This document shows positions 29,521-38,694 of a stretch of 64,000 nucleotides of DNA, one piece after another. The stretch lies in IMG/VR virus record IMGVR_UViG_3300034102_002416. One strand, written 5' to 3'. The position numbers and the translations under genes are program-made. This DNA comes from a virus. The first letter of the stretch is position 1. The number at the start of each line of letters is the position of its first letter. The notes beneath the pieces were generated by a model, which searched no databases, was not told the origin of the DNA, and saw nothing but the letters and a program-made list of their open reading frames with translations.

Positions 29521-30498
29521 TTACTTTATATTATTTTTTAATAAATTAATATCATTAGTTACCATTATATTAACCATTTGTTCCAAACTGGTTTTAGGTT
29601 CCCATCCTAATTTTTCTTTTGCTTTTGATGCATCGCCTAATAAACACATCGGATCTACTGGACGTAATAATTTACTGTCAAATTTAACAAATTTACTCCA
29701 ATTATCAATTCCAATACACGCAAATGAATAATCTAAAAATTCTTTAATTGAATATGTTTTACCAGTTGCTAAAACAAAATCTTCCGGAGTATCTTGTTGA
29801 AGCATCATCCACATTCCTTCTACGTAATCAGGCGCATATCCCCAATCTCTTTTAGATTCGATATTTCCTAATGTTATATGATCTGCTAATCCTAAATGTA
29901 TACGAGCAACTCCATCAGTAATTTTTCGTGTTACAAATTCTACACCCCTACGTTCTGATTCATGATTGAATAAAATTCCATTTACTGCAAACATACCATA
30001 ACTTTCTCGATAGTTTTTAGTAATCCAATACGCATATAATTTTGCTACACCGTATGGCGAACATGGATGAAAATCTGTTAATTCATTAGCAGTTCCACCT
30101 TTTTTACCAAACATTTCAGATGACGATGCTTGATAAAATTTAGTGTTTTTATTTCCATATTCGCGAATAGCTTCTAAAACGCGTAATGCACCTAAACCGG
30201 TTATATCTGAAGTTTGTTCCGGTGTTCCCCAACTTTCTCCAGCAAAGGATTGTGCTCCTAAATTATAAACTTCATGCGGTTCGCTATCTTTAACTGCGCG
30301 AACTAATGAATTTTGATCCGATAAATCTCCTTTCAACATATGAATTTGATCGGATACTTTGAATAAATTCGGAGTATATGGTGTACTTTTTCTTCGTTCT
30401 AATCCAAATACTTCATAATCTTTTGATAATAAAAATTCGGCTAAATGAGATCCATCCATCCCGCCGATACCTGTAATTAATGCTCGTTTCTTTTTCAT
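29521..30498 (-). CDS. gmd: GDP-mannose 4,6-dehydratase
   Basis: ALITGIGGMDGS, YNLGAQS, FYQASSSEMFG, SPYGVAK, LFNHES, FVTRKI, RDWG. Confidence 0.9.
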   Translation of the reverse strand: MKKKRALITGIGGMDGSHLAEFLLSKDYEVFGLERRKSTPYTPNLFKVSDQIHMLKGDLSDQNSLVRAVKDSEPHEVYNLGAQSFAGESWGTPEQTSDITGLGALRVLEAIREYGNKNTKFYQASSSEMFGKKGGTANELTDFHPCSPYGVAKLYAYWITKNYRESYGMFAVNGILFNHESERRGVEFVTRKITDGVARIHLGLADHITLGNIESKRDWGYAPDYVEGMWMMLQQDTPEDFVLATGKTYSIKEFLDYSFACIGIDNWSKFVKFDSKLLRPVDPMCLLGDASKAKEKLGWEPKTSLEQMVNIMVTNDINLLKNNIK

Positions 30499-31883
30499 TA
30501 TTTATTCTTAAAATTAAAATTAAAAAATTTATCTACAATTGTTTTAATATATGCAATTTGTTCTTCTGTAATAACTGGACTACAACCTAAAAAGAATGTA
30601 TCGGTTGTAACTTTTCTGGCTATTGGAAAATCATTGATTACTTGTTCAGGATCCATTAATCCTTGATATGCTGGCTGTAACATAATATTACCAGCAAAAT
30701 ATGGCCGTGTTTGTATTTTGTGTGATTCTAAAAATTGACAAAATTCGGCTCTCGTAAATCCAGCACCATCTTTTACCGTTAATGCTACAGCAAACCAATC
30801 TGGATCTGCGTGTTCTGTTGCTTTTGGTAAATAAAAGAATTGTTCATATGATTTAAAAATATCAACAATTAATGCGTGATTTTTTCTTCGAATTTGACCT
30901 ATTTCTTCTAATTTTTGCATTTGCACAAATGCCATAGCAGCTTGCATTTCTATTGGTTTTAAATTATAACCAATTTCTTCGTAAACATATTTATGGTCAA
31001 ATACGTCATTTGGCAGAGCTGGTAACCAATTATTAAATCGTTGATTACACATTCCGCATTCTAACTGATTTTGTTTTCCTACACAATAACAGCCTCGACC
31101 CCAATCTCTAAAACTTCTTAAAATTCGCTCCGTTTCTAAATCATTACATGCAACAAAACCGCCTTCACCCATAGTAATATGATGTGCTGGATAAAATGAA
31201 CAACTGGCCATTTTGCCATATGTTCCTAATGGCTGATCTTTGTATTTTGAACCTAATGCATCGCAGCAATCTTCTAATAAAATTAAATTGTATTTTTCAA
31301 CCAATTCCATTAAACGATCCATATTAGGAGGATTTCCTAAAACATGTGCAAATGTTATAACTTTAATATCCGGATCTTCTTTTAATTTTTGTTCTACTTG
31401 ATCTAAATTTAAATTTAAAGATTCTAATTCAATATCCACAAATACCGGAGTAAATCCTAACTGCAAAATAGGATTAATTGTTGTAGGAAATCCAGCAATT
31501 GGAGTTAATACTTTAGTTCCTTTTGGCAAATTCATACCTCGTTTTGAGGTTAATGCTGCTAACATTAATAAATTTGCACTAGATCCACTGTTCGTTAAAA
31601 TTCCTAATTTTTTACCTAACCGTTTAGGAAATCTGGATTCGAAACGTATACCTTCTTGTCCTAAAACTAACCATCCTCCTAGTAATGTTTTAACTGCTGC
31701 TATATATTCTTTTTCATCAAAATAATTTCCAGCATATTGAACTAAATCTTTACCAGCTTCCCATGTTTTAGATGATTCTTTATGTTTGATGAACTTTTCT
31801 ACTAGATTTAAAATATCTTCTACTTTTAAATCTTTAGAATCTATGAATTCTCGTTCTAAATCAGTGTACGTTTTATTAATCAT
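30498..31883 (-). CDS. rfbH: NDP-4-keto-6-deoxyglucose 3-dehydrase (RfbH/DdhC, E1)
   Basis: NSGSSANL, EDCCDALG, SFYPAHHITMGEGG (His in place of the PLP Lys), RDWGRGCYC...C Fe-S motif, DHKYVY..IGYNLK. Confidence 0.9.
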   Translation of the reverse strand: MINKTYTDLEREFIDSKDLKVEDILNLVEKFIKHKESSKTWEAGKDLVQYAGNYFDEKEYIAAVKTLLGGWLVLGQEGIRFESRFPKRLGKKLGILTNSGSSANLLMLAALTSKRGMNLPKGTKVLTPIAGFPTTINPILQLGFTPVFVDIELESLNLNLDQVEQKLKEDPDIKVITFAHVLGNPPNMDRLMELVEKYNLILLEDCCDALGSKYKDQPLGTYGKMASCSFYPAHHITMGEGGFVACNDLETERILRSFRDWGRGCYCVGKQNQLECGMCNQRFNNWLPALPNDVFDHKYVYEEIGYNLKPIEMQAAMAFVQMQKLEEIGQIRRKNHALIVDIFKSYEQFFYLPKATEHADPDWFAVALTVKDGAGFTRAEFCQFLESHKIQTRPYFAGNIMLQPAYQGLMDPEQVINDFPIARKVTTDTFFLGCSPVITEEQIAYIKTIVDKFFNFNFKNK

Positions 31884-32527
31884 AATGTATTGTAAAAATT
31901 ATTTTGTTTTTCTTGTCGGTCAATTGTTTTTGGGTGATATAAAGCAAAATATTCTACATCTGGTAGAATAGTATATGTTTTGAACCCATCCAACCGCTCA
32001 TGTACTTTATTTATCCATTTAATTTCAGGTACATTTCTCCAAATACGCCATTGAAAATCAGGCCAATTAACCCAACCTTTTTCGTTTACTTTCCAGCCCC
32101 ATTGTTGAATATGTTCAGGTGTTAAACCCTCAACTGTGTTTACTCGTGGTACTAAGAAAATATCCATTTCAGGATTTAATTCTAAAAGCTCATGTAAATG
32201 TTTAATTAAATCCTCTGATGGGTATTCATCAGCATCAATTTGGAAGATATAATCTCCGGTACATTGTTGGGTTAAATGATTTTTAAATGCTGAGAAATCG
32301 CTATTTAATGGGTTAAATATAACTCGGCAATGCCCTTGTTCATTATGTTTCATGATATACTGCCAAACTAATTTTTTAGCTTCTGACATACTATTAAGAT
32401 CAGCTACAGACAAATCCATTTGAATAACGATTTCGTCATGAGGTTGTTTATGTTCTAACAAAAACGCTAACAATCGTTGAATTTCTATAAATTCATCACA
32501 AACGGTTACAGCATAACTTATTTTCAT
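31880..32527 (-). CDS. Glycosyltransferase family 2
   Basis: FQIDADE DxD motif, WPDFQWRI, VHE. Confidence 0.8.
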   Translation of the reverse strand: MKISYAVTVCDEFIEIQRLLAFLLEHKQPHDEIVIQMDLSVADLNSMSEAKKLVWQYIMKHNEQGHCRVIFNPLNSDFSAFKNHLTQQCTGDYIFQIDADEYPSEDLIKHLHELLELNPEMDIFLVPRVNTVEGLTPEHIQQWGWKVNEKGWVNWPDFQWRIWRNVPEIKWINKVHERLDGFKTYTILPDVEYFALYHPKTIDRQEKQNNFYNTL

Positions 32528-32550
32528 AATATATAATACGTTATTTTAAA

Positions 32551-33816
32551 TTATTCTCCAACCTTTTGTAACTTAGGCAATTCTATCTTTTTTAGCTGCG
32601 GTAACTTAAGTTCTACTGGCTTTGGTATCTTTGCTACCATTTCTTCTATGTGCTGTAATACGTTCTTATAGATATCTGATACAGCAGTTTTAGTAAATGT
32701 GCTATTAACAAAGTATCTTTGTCGTTTTGCTAAATCACACCATTTCTTGTAGTTTTTACGAACATCCTGCAACATCTTGCCGGCGTATGTATAATCAGGA
32801 GTAAACCATTTTGCATCTCCAATTAAAAATGGATTTTGTGCAGATGCATGAATTGGTGTTAATCCGCCTGGCAATTCACATATAAAATCTTTTTTCAAGA
32901 AATCAGCTTGTCCAGAATAATGCGGTGCTATAATAGGTTTACCGGTTGTAGAAAATTCTAATAATGGTCGACCAAATCCTTCAGATTTAGTAAATGTTAC
33001 CATTGCTTTTACTTTGCTATGATTATACAATGCATTCATTTCAGCATCTGTCAACTCACCATGCAATACATATACATTTGGAAGTTTTGCGTTACCGAAC
33101 ATATCTCGTATCTGTAATACTTTGGATTCAATATCCATTCGATCCATTATACTATAAGTAGCCCCACTCGTTTTTAATATTAAGGCCGGCATATCTTTTG
33201 TATTTTTGAATGTATTGAAAAAACAATGCACAAGTCCAGAAATATTTTTTCGATCCTCACCGATTTGTCCTTGCAACCAATGACCAACTGATAAATACGC
33301 CCAAGACTCTTTAATGTCATCCAATGCAGGTACTGATGCTACAACATCTTTATTATTATAAACCGTCTCAACAAAATATTCTGGAATTACCTCTATTTTA
33401 ACAGTTAATGGTTTGTTATGCTTTTTAGAAGTTTCAATAAACACTGTTTTAGTAAATTCACTCGGAACAATAATTAATTGCATGGCATTTAATTTATCAA
33501 TCCAATCCTCCGGGCAAATATCTCCTTCGGTTCCTGCAGTTACTCCGATATTGTATTTACCTACTGGTTGTAATTCATTAGGAACAGAAATTTGAATCCA
33601 TATGTCAGGTTGCTGTGTTAGTGGCAACGGAATGATTCTTCGTTGCAAATCAGGTACCAATGGATATGACATTGGAGTCGCTCCCCATGGCAATGATACT
33701 AATTTTACATCCCATTCATCTGATTTTTGTTCTATAATATTCGTGATAATTTCACGTGCATGATGTCCATAACCACTTTGTGTTGCTACTGGTGATGCTA
33801 TAACTACGTTTCTCAT
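32551..33816 (-). CDS. Glycosyltransferase family 4
   Basis: SGYGHHAR, RKN, EGFGRPLLE. Confidence 0.85.
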   Translation of the reverse strand: MRNVVIASPVATQSGYGHHAREIITNIIEQKSDEWDVKLVSLPWGATPMSYPLVPDLQRRIIPLPLTQQPDIWIQISVPNELQPVGKYNIGVTAGTEGDICPEDWIDKLNAMQLIIVPSEFTKTVFIETSKKHNKPLTVKIEVIPEYFVETVYNNKDVVASVPALDDIKESWAYLSVGHWLQGQIGEDRKNISGLVHCFFNTFKNTKDMPALILKTSGATYSIMDRMDIESKVLQIRDMFGNAKLPNVYVLHGELTDAEMNALYNHSKVKAMVTFTKSEGFGRPLLEFSTTGKPIIAPHYSGQADFLKKDFICELPGGLTPIHASAQNPFLIGDAKWFTPDYTYAGKMLQDVRKNYKKWCDLAKRQRYFVNSTFTKTAVSDIYKNVLQHIEEMVAKIPKPVELKLPQLKKIELPKLQKVGE

Positions 33817-35306
33817 TATGCTACTATTCCTGTTTGTTTATATTCTGTTGGCTGTACTTGGTGTAATGTGTATGAAGGTCTTGGTTGTTTATATGCGGTA
33901 AACAAATAACGATACATATCAATCATTTTATTACCCATTTGCTCTGCCGTTAATCCGTTTTCTAAAGCCCATTGTCTTCCTGCTAATCCTCTCGTGTCTC
34001 TTTCTAATTTAGACATTTGATACCAATACATGATTGCGTCTGAAACATCTTCAAATTGAGCTCTATCATCAAAAATATATGGTGTTGCTGGTGATCCTTG
34101 CAATGAACGGTTGGTTGGAAATACTGGTTTTACCCAAGATCCATGTTTTTTATATTTACCGGTGTGATTTGTAGAAAACTCTCCGTTAAAACAAATCCAT
34201 TCGCCATTTTCATCTACGAACCCACATTGATCTTGCAATCCGCCAGTTACGTTGTTAATAATCGGGATTCCAGCTAATATTGCTTCGGTTGAACTTAGAC
34301 CCCAACCTTCATTAGAACCAATATTTACCACTACATCTGCAACATTATACATTGCGTTTAGATCCGTTCCAGATAATTTTTGTTCTGAAAAAATAATTTT
34401 ACATTGCGGGGCAAGTACTTTTGCTACTGCACGTAAATCGGTTCCATTTTCGTCGATTGGTTGCGTATGCATTAGTAATGCAACTTTAGATCGTTTATCT
34501 TCTGGTAGTTGATCTGTAAAGTGTTTGAATGCTAATATTACATCACCTGGCTGTTTTCTTCGGATGTTTCGGTTATTCCAAAATACTACAAAGTCTACAT
34601 CATTTTGTTTTTTAATTCTTTCAAACATTGTTGCGTATGCTGGATTTGTAGCTTCTAATGGTTTGAACGTGTTATGATTTAATCCGTGAGGCACGAAACC
34701 GGTGATTGCATCATTCCATTTAATATCTGCAGGTACTGAATCTCCGTTGTCGTAATCTACAACACCAAATCCGTTCTGTTTAAGCACTTCTTTATGGATA
34801 TTATCAGACTGTTTGCTAATTCCCATAATCATATCACAACTACCGTAATATGGGGCATTCCACATTGGATATGGTAAATCATCCCAAATTGAATAATAGG
34901 TAATAGGAATACCAAAGGTTGTTTTGATTTCATGTTCGATCGCATACAACCAAGTCCAATAACGAGGATCGGTGAAATGAAGAATAGCATCAGGCTTTTC
35001 TTGATTTAGTACCGCAAATAAAATATTTCGGTCGCCATATCCATTATATGGTATCAATTTAACTGATGCATCTTCTACCCCAGTTTCTTGGGCAATTTCT
35101 GCAGACAAATCAAATGCCTTGCCAGCATCCGGATGATTGATTGCAGCTCCAATTTGAACCCAATCAAATTCTTTAACTGTGCTGAAAATAATTTCTTTGC
35201 TAATTGTTCCAATACCGGATGGTAAACGAAAATCATCTGCTAACAATAAAATTTTCTTTTTTGCTGGCTTGTTTGGATCAATTTTTTTTAACTTTGGTAA
35301 CTCCAT
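33816..35306 (-). CDS. Glycosyltransferase family 4
   Basis: NRNIRRK, EGWGLSSTEA, TGGLQDQ; late motif at 35330-35337 upstream. Confidence 0.85.
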   Translation of the reverse strand: MELPKLKKIDPNKPAKKKILLLADDFRLPSGIGTISKEIIFSTVKEFDWVQIGAAINHPDAGKAFDLSAEIAQETGVEDASVKLIPYNGYGDRNILFAVLNQEKPDAILHFTDPRYWTWLYAIEHEIKTTFGIPITYYSIWDDLPYPMWNAPYYGSCDMIMGISKQSDNIHKEVLKQNGFGVVDYDNGDSVPADIKWNDAITGFVPHGLNHNTFKPLEATNPAYATMFERIKKQNDVDFVVFWNNRNIRRKQPGDVILAFKHFTDQLPEDKRSKVALLMHTQPIDENGTDLRAVAKVLAPQCKIIFSEQKLSGTDLNAMYNVADVVVNIGSNEGWGLSSTEAILAGIPIINNVTGGLQDQCGFVDENGEWICFNGEFSTNHTGKYKKHGSWVKPVFPTNRSLQGSPATPYIFDDRAQFEDVSDAIMYWYQMSKLERDTRGLAGRQWALENGLTAEQMGNKMIDMYRYLFTAYKQPRPSYTLHQVQPTEYKQTGIVA

Positions 35307-35339
35307 TTATTATTCCTTATAACTTTATTATAAATATTA

Positions 35340-35744
35340 CTAACCTAAAATAACCACTGGTTTATTCAACTTGTTCACATTAGTATATGCTGTTTGTAAT
35401 ACCGGGTCTAATTGTGATTCATTAGTCATAATCATCATGTAATCACATTGTTGTGCAATTAGTTTCATGCGATGATGTAATTGTGAAAAATGATATTTTT
35501 TACCATAATATGATTCTGGCATTGCTGAATATAAATTATATCCAGAAAATGATGGATTGAATTCCTGATAATTCATTCCGAATTCTAATGCAAATTTTCT
35601 TACAAAATAATTAGCACCTTCATTCCCACCAGCTCCAATAATAATCAGATCATCTGGAAATTTACGTTTTAACATTTGCAATGTTTCCTGAACTTTGCGT
35701 TTATTTTGCCAACCTGTATTTCCGATTAATGCTACTTTTGCCAT
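35340..35744 (-). CDS. SLOG/YspA-like small Rossmannoid protein
   Basis: KVALIG...IIGAGG.EGA...A pattern; start likely MAKVALIG. Confidence 0.5.
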   Translation of the reverse strand: MAKVALIGNTGWQNKRKVQETLQMLKRKFPDDLIIIGAGGNEGANYFVRKFALEFGMNYQEFNPSFSGYNLYSAMPESYYGKKYHFSQLHHRMKLIAQQCDYMMIMTNESQLDPVLQTAYTNVNKLNKPVVILG

Positions 35745-35745
35745 A

Positions 35746-35955
35746 TTATTTTTCATATGAAAATTTAACACTCTTTGGCATATGATTATATGCTATTCGT
35801 AATCCAGTTTCTAATAGTTGTCGGTTACTTTTACTATTAGGTCCAGTTTCATCAGTTAGTAAAACATATTCCATAACTTCCCATCCTACAAATGGGGCTC
35901 GCTTTTGTATTTCAAATCGATATACATATGCATGTTTATGTTTATATTGAATCAT
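35746..35955 (-). CDS. Hypothetical protein
   Basis: 69-aa ORF in gene run. Confidence 0.55.
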   Translation of the reverse strand: MIQYKHKHAYVYRFEIQKRAPFVGWEVMEYVLLTDETGPNSKSNRQLLETGLRIAYNHMPKSVKFSYEK

Positions 35956-35967
35956 ACTATATTATAG

Positions 35968-36924
35968 TTATTTTTCGGCACGAATCCTATTTTCTTTAGG
36001 ACAATTCATATAATCTGTTTTGAATGGACAATACTTGCAATTTTTATCACCCTTTCCAGAAATGGCCATATATGGTTTATCTGCAAGTTTATTTCCTTCA
36101 GAATCGAAACAATGTTCTACAAATGCATCAATTTGACGTTGAACTTTGCGTTGTGTTACCGTGCCGGAGCTAGGTTTAAATAATTGTATGCGTTTTTGTG
36201 GAAACATTGACTCTTCAATCATTTTGCGTTTCACAATAAAAAACTCAACTACAATATTTTCTTTCGGGACACCAAATTGCTCGGAAAATTTATTTTTATA
36301 TAATACGAGTTGGGCTGCTTTTAAAGGATCTGATTTTTGATATTTGTTCCAACCGCCACGACTTGTTTTAATATCATATACATGTATAGTATTAGTTGGA
36401 ATATGGCGTATAACCAAATCAATAAATCCAAATAAATAAACCGATGGATTACTAGGCGATGCCGGGGTACATAACTCTATTTCAATGCCTACCAATTCCC
36501 AATCTTTAGTAGAAAAATACTGTTTGCGTCGTTTCTTGAACCATTCCAAAATAGCAACACCATCTTCTAAATATTCTGCTAACTGCAATGGATTGGAAAA
36601 GTGTGATCCGGTATCAGTTACATTGCGTTGATATTCTTCTCGCAGTTTGTTAGTTAGTATACTTCGCAAATCTAACGCATCTGCTTGTTTAACCGATTTG
36701 GTATACATAACTTCAATATAATACTGCATTGTCTCGTGGAATGCCGTACCAAAACATGTATCGATTGAAGCCTGGAATGGAGCCAATCCATCTATATAAG
36801 CAAGTTTCCAGGATAACGGACACCGTTCATACATGTACCATTGTGAATATGATATTCTACGAGGAACTGTGTCAGCATCGCGTAATGATAGCTTATAGAC
36901 AGGATTAATATAACCATTTTTCAT
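35968..36924 (-). CDS. PD-(D/E)XK exonuclease (Cas4/RecB-like)
   Basis: SYSQ...CP, GTAFHE, GFIDL...DIKTS, QL.LY, CKYCPF...C. Confidence 0.85.
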   Translation of the reverse strand: MKNGYINPVYKLSLRDADTVPRRISYSQWYMYERCPLSWKLAYIDGLAPFQASIDTCFGTAFHETMQYYIEVMYTKSVKQADALDLRSILTNKLREEYQRNVTDTGSHFSNPLQLAEYLEDGVAILEWFKKRRKQYFSTKDWELVGIEIELCTPASPSNPSVYLFGFIDLVIRHIPTNTIHVYDIKTSRGGWNKYQKSDPLKAAQLVLYKNKFSEQFGVPKENIVVEFFIVKRKMIEESMFPQKRIQLFKPSSGTVTQRKVQRQIDAFVEHCFDSEGNKLADKPYMAISGKGDKNCKYCPFKTDYMNCPKENRIRAEK

Positions 36925-36968
36925 ACATTAAATATAAGAAAAAATATAATAGGAAACAACCGGACAGT

Positions 36969-36994
36969 AAAAAAGTGCAGCAATAATGCTGCAC
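36969..36994 (-). terminator. Rho-independent terminator
   Basis: Perfect stem GTGCAGCA/TGCTGCAC with 4-nt loop, followed by T6 on minus strand. Confidence 0.8.
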
Positions 36995-37087
36995 CACTTA
37001 TAAATAAAATACCATAAAATAAAAAAAACCCACTCTTTTTGTTGATTCTAATAATTGTCTAAATCTATTTAGTTCCATAGTTTTTAT

Positions 37088-37525
37088 TTAAAAAATAAAT
37101 GTACCAACCTCTTGTTCATTCTCGTCTTTAATTGAGATACCTGGTTTTTGTTGCCCTGGAGCGTTAACACCCGTTGAAACAGTTTCACCATAAACCCAAT
37201 TATATTTACCACCTTTAGTTCCTCTCCCACCAAAATTTTTTGTGGTGAAGTTTGGTTGCCACTGAGTTTCATAATCTGTTATTTGAACTCCATCAACATC
37301 TGTTGGGAACCCGTAATCGTCAAAAGTAATTTGACCTTGTTTTTTATTAGTAAAATAATTTTTATCAAAATTAATGGTCTCTTGCTCCATTAAATAATGA
37401 TTTGCAATTTTATTGAGTCGTATAGCATCTTGTTGTGCATTATATGCTTTATCTTCATCTTCGTTTAAATTCTTAGTTTTAAAACGACGCATATTTTCTG
37501 CTAGAATATTTTTTAGTTTTATCAT
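37088..37525 (-). CDS. Leader-cassette protein (ENMRRF family)
   Basis: MIKLKNILAENMRRFKTKNLNE plus unique C-terminus; late motif at 37544-37551. Confidence 0.75.
   Translation of the reverse strand: MIKLKNILAENMRRFKTKNLNEDEDKAYNAQQDAIRLNKIANHYLMEQETINFDKNYFTNKKQGQITFDDYGFPTDVDGVQITDYETQWQPNFTTKNFGGRGTKGGKYNWVYGETVSTGVNAPGQQKPGISIKDENEQEVGTFIF
37485..37504. repeat. 20-bp identical dispersed repeat CGACGCATATTTTCTGCTAG, copy 1
   Basis: Identical copies at 44834-44853 and 58557-58576; encodes LAENMRR. Confidence 0.9.
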
Positions 37526-37568
37526 ATATTTCCTAATTTTAATATAAATATAATCAAAAAAAAAAATA

Positions 37569-37814
37569 CTATTTTGTTAAATCCAAAGAACATCCAATAA
37601 CATTTATTTTTGGAGTATGTGTATGTTGTTGTTCTGTTAAATAGATATCAATTAAATCTTTAGTCTTATTTAAATCTTCGGTAAATGATCCTTTGTAACG
37701 ACAACGTACGATTCGTTTAATAATATCAAATTCATAGCTATTAAGTTCCCAATCTTCTGCGAATTTATACAGGCTATCTTTACCTCGGTAATGTGATTGC
37801 GTGTTTACACTCAT
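37569..37814 (-). CDS. DUF3310-like protein
   Basis: SHY...IIKRIVRCRYKG...EDLNK pattern. Confidence 0.55.
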   Translation of the reverse strand: MSVNTQSHYRGKDSLYKFAEDWELNSYEFDIIKRIVRCRYKGSFTEDLNKTKDLIDIYLTEQQHTHTPKINVIGCSLDLTK

Positions 37815-38263
37815 TTTCTAACTCCTTTCATCATGTTTTTTACTTCTTTCTCCGAATATCCATATAAATTTAGCAGACGAGTGCAACTAGTTTGATCCAT
37901 CAAATCCACGTAATCAGTTGCTTCAGAACGACTTACTTTGTAGTGCTCTGCAACTTGAGAGATTAGTTTATCGGAAAATTTATCTTCTTTTTTACCTTTA
38001 ATGTATTTAGCAAATGCCTTGTTATGCGGTAATAGTTCGTAATAAAGACGATATGTTTCTTGTGGCCGTAATAACCCTATTGTGTATGTCTGTAACTCAT
38101 TAATAACCTCAACTAAATCTTGTCGCATAGAAAGCCAACGATTAACAATATATGGAGAAAATGCCTTTTGATCAGTTTCACTCCATTTATTCCATGCTTT
38201 CTTTTTGCTTGTTACGCCTTCGATAAAATCAAAGATAGTTGCACCCTTTTTTTCTTCTGCCAT
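37811..38263 (-). CDS. Clamp loader small subunit (T4 gp62-like)
   Basis: FSPYIVNRWLS...INELQ...KYIK...VAEHYKVSRSEA; near clamp-loader large subunit. Confidence 0.75.
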   Translation of the reverse strand: MAEEKKGATIFDFIEGVTSKKKAWNKWSETDQKAFSPYIVNRWLSMRQDLVEVINELQTYTIGLLRPQETYRLYYELLPHNKAFAKYIKGKKEDKFSDKLISQVAEHYKVSRSEATDYVDLMDQTSCTRLLNLYGYSEKEVKNMMKGVRK

Positions 38264-38476
38264 TTATAGTTTATATTTAGTTCGCCATTGTTTTTCGAAA
38301 TTTGGACCAATACCCATTTCTAGTATAACTGCTGTATCTGGTATTCCGGGAATTTTACGTTCTAACACATCATCAATACTTTTATTGCGCAATGTTTTCA
38401 TTTTGGTTTTAGCATTGCTCCGAGCTGATGTTTTAAAAACAATTGTTACATCGTCTTTATAGTATGGGCTAGACAT
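38264..38476 (-). CDS. Hypothetical protein
   Basis: 70-aa ORF abutting its neighbours. Confidence 0.6.
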   Translation of the reverse strand: MSSPYYKDDVTIVFKTSARSNAKTKMKTLRNKSIDDVLERKIPGIPDTAVILEMGIGPNFEKQWRTKYKL

Positions 38477-38694
38477 TATTTTTTCAGTTTAATGGGTTGA
38501 AACACTTCTGGAATAGACCCGCAATCATCACATCGAAACACAGGAACCGGAACCATTGTATCTTTATCCCCACCTGTTAGAAATTTTGATACTTTGTTAA
38601 TTGCCATTACTTGACGAAAATACATTCCATCACATTCTTTGCATTGAATTGGCTGCATATCGTTTGGGCCAATATTAACATTTAATTTACTCAT
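38476..38694 (-). CDS. Small zinc-ribbon protein
   Basis: Start MSKLNV; CKEC...CDDC. Confidence 0.65.
   Translation of the reverse strand: MSKLNVNIGPNDMQPIQCKECDGMYFRQVMAINKVSKFLTGGDKDTMVPVPVFRCDDCGSIPEVFQPIKLKK

Noticed and set aside
17468-35306. Bacterial O-antigen locus or assembly chimera
   Set aside because: It has the same strand, tight packing and upstream motifs as the flanking phage genes, and lacks wzx, wzy, wzm and wzt.
35968-36924. Cas4-like nuclease as part of a CRISPR-Cas system
   Set aside because: No repeat-spacer array or other cas genes were seen; solo Cas4-like exonucleases are common in phages.
36925-37087. tRNA or ncRNA in the larger intergenic gaps
   Set aside because: No cloverleaf or T-loop signature was visible by eye; a terminator and a promoter explain the gap. 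tRNAscan was not run.
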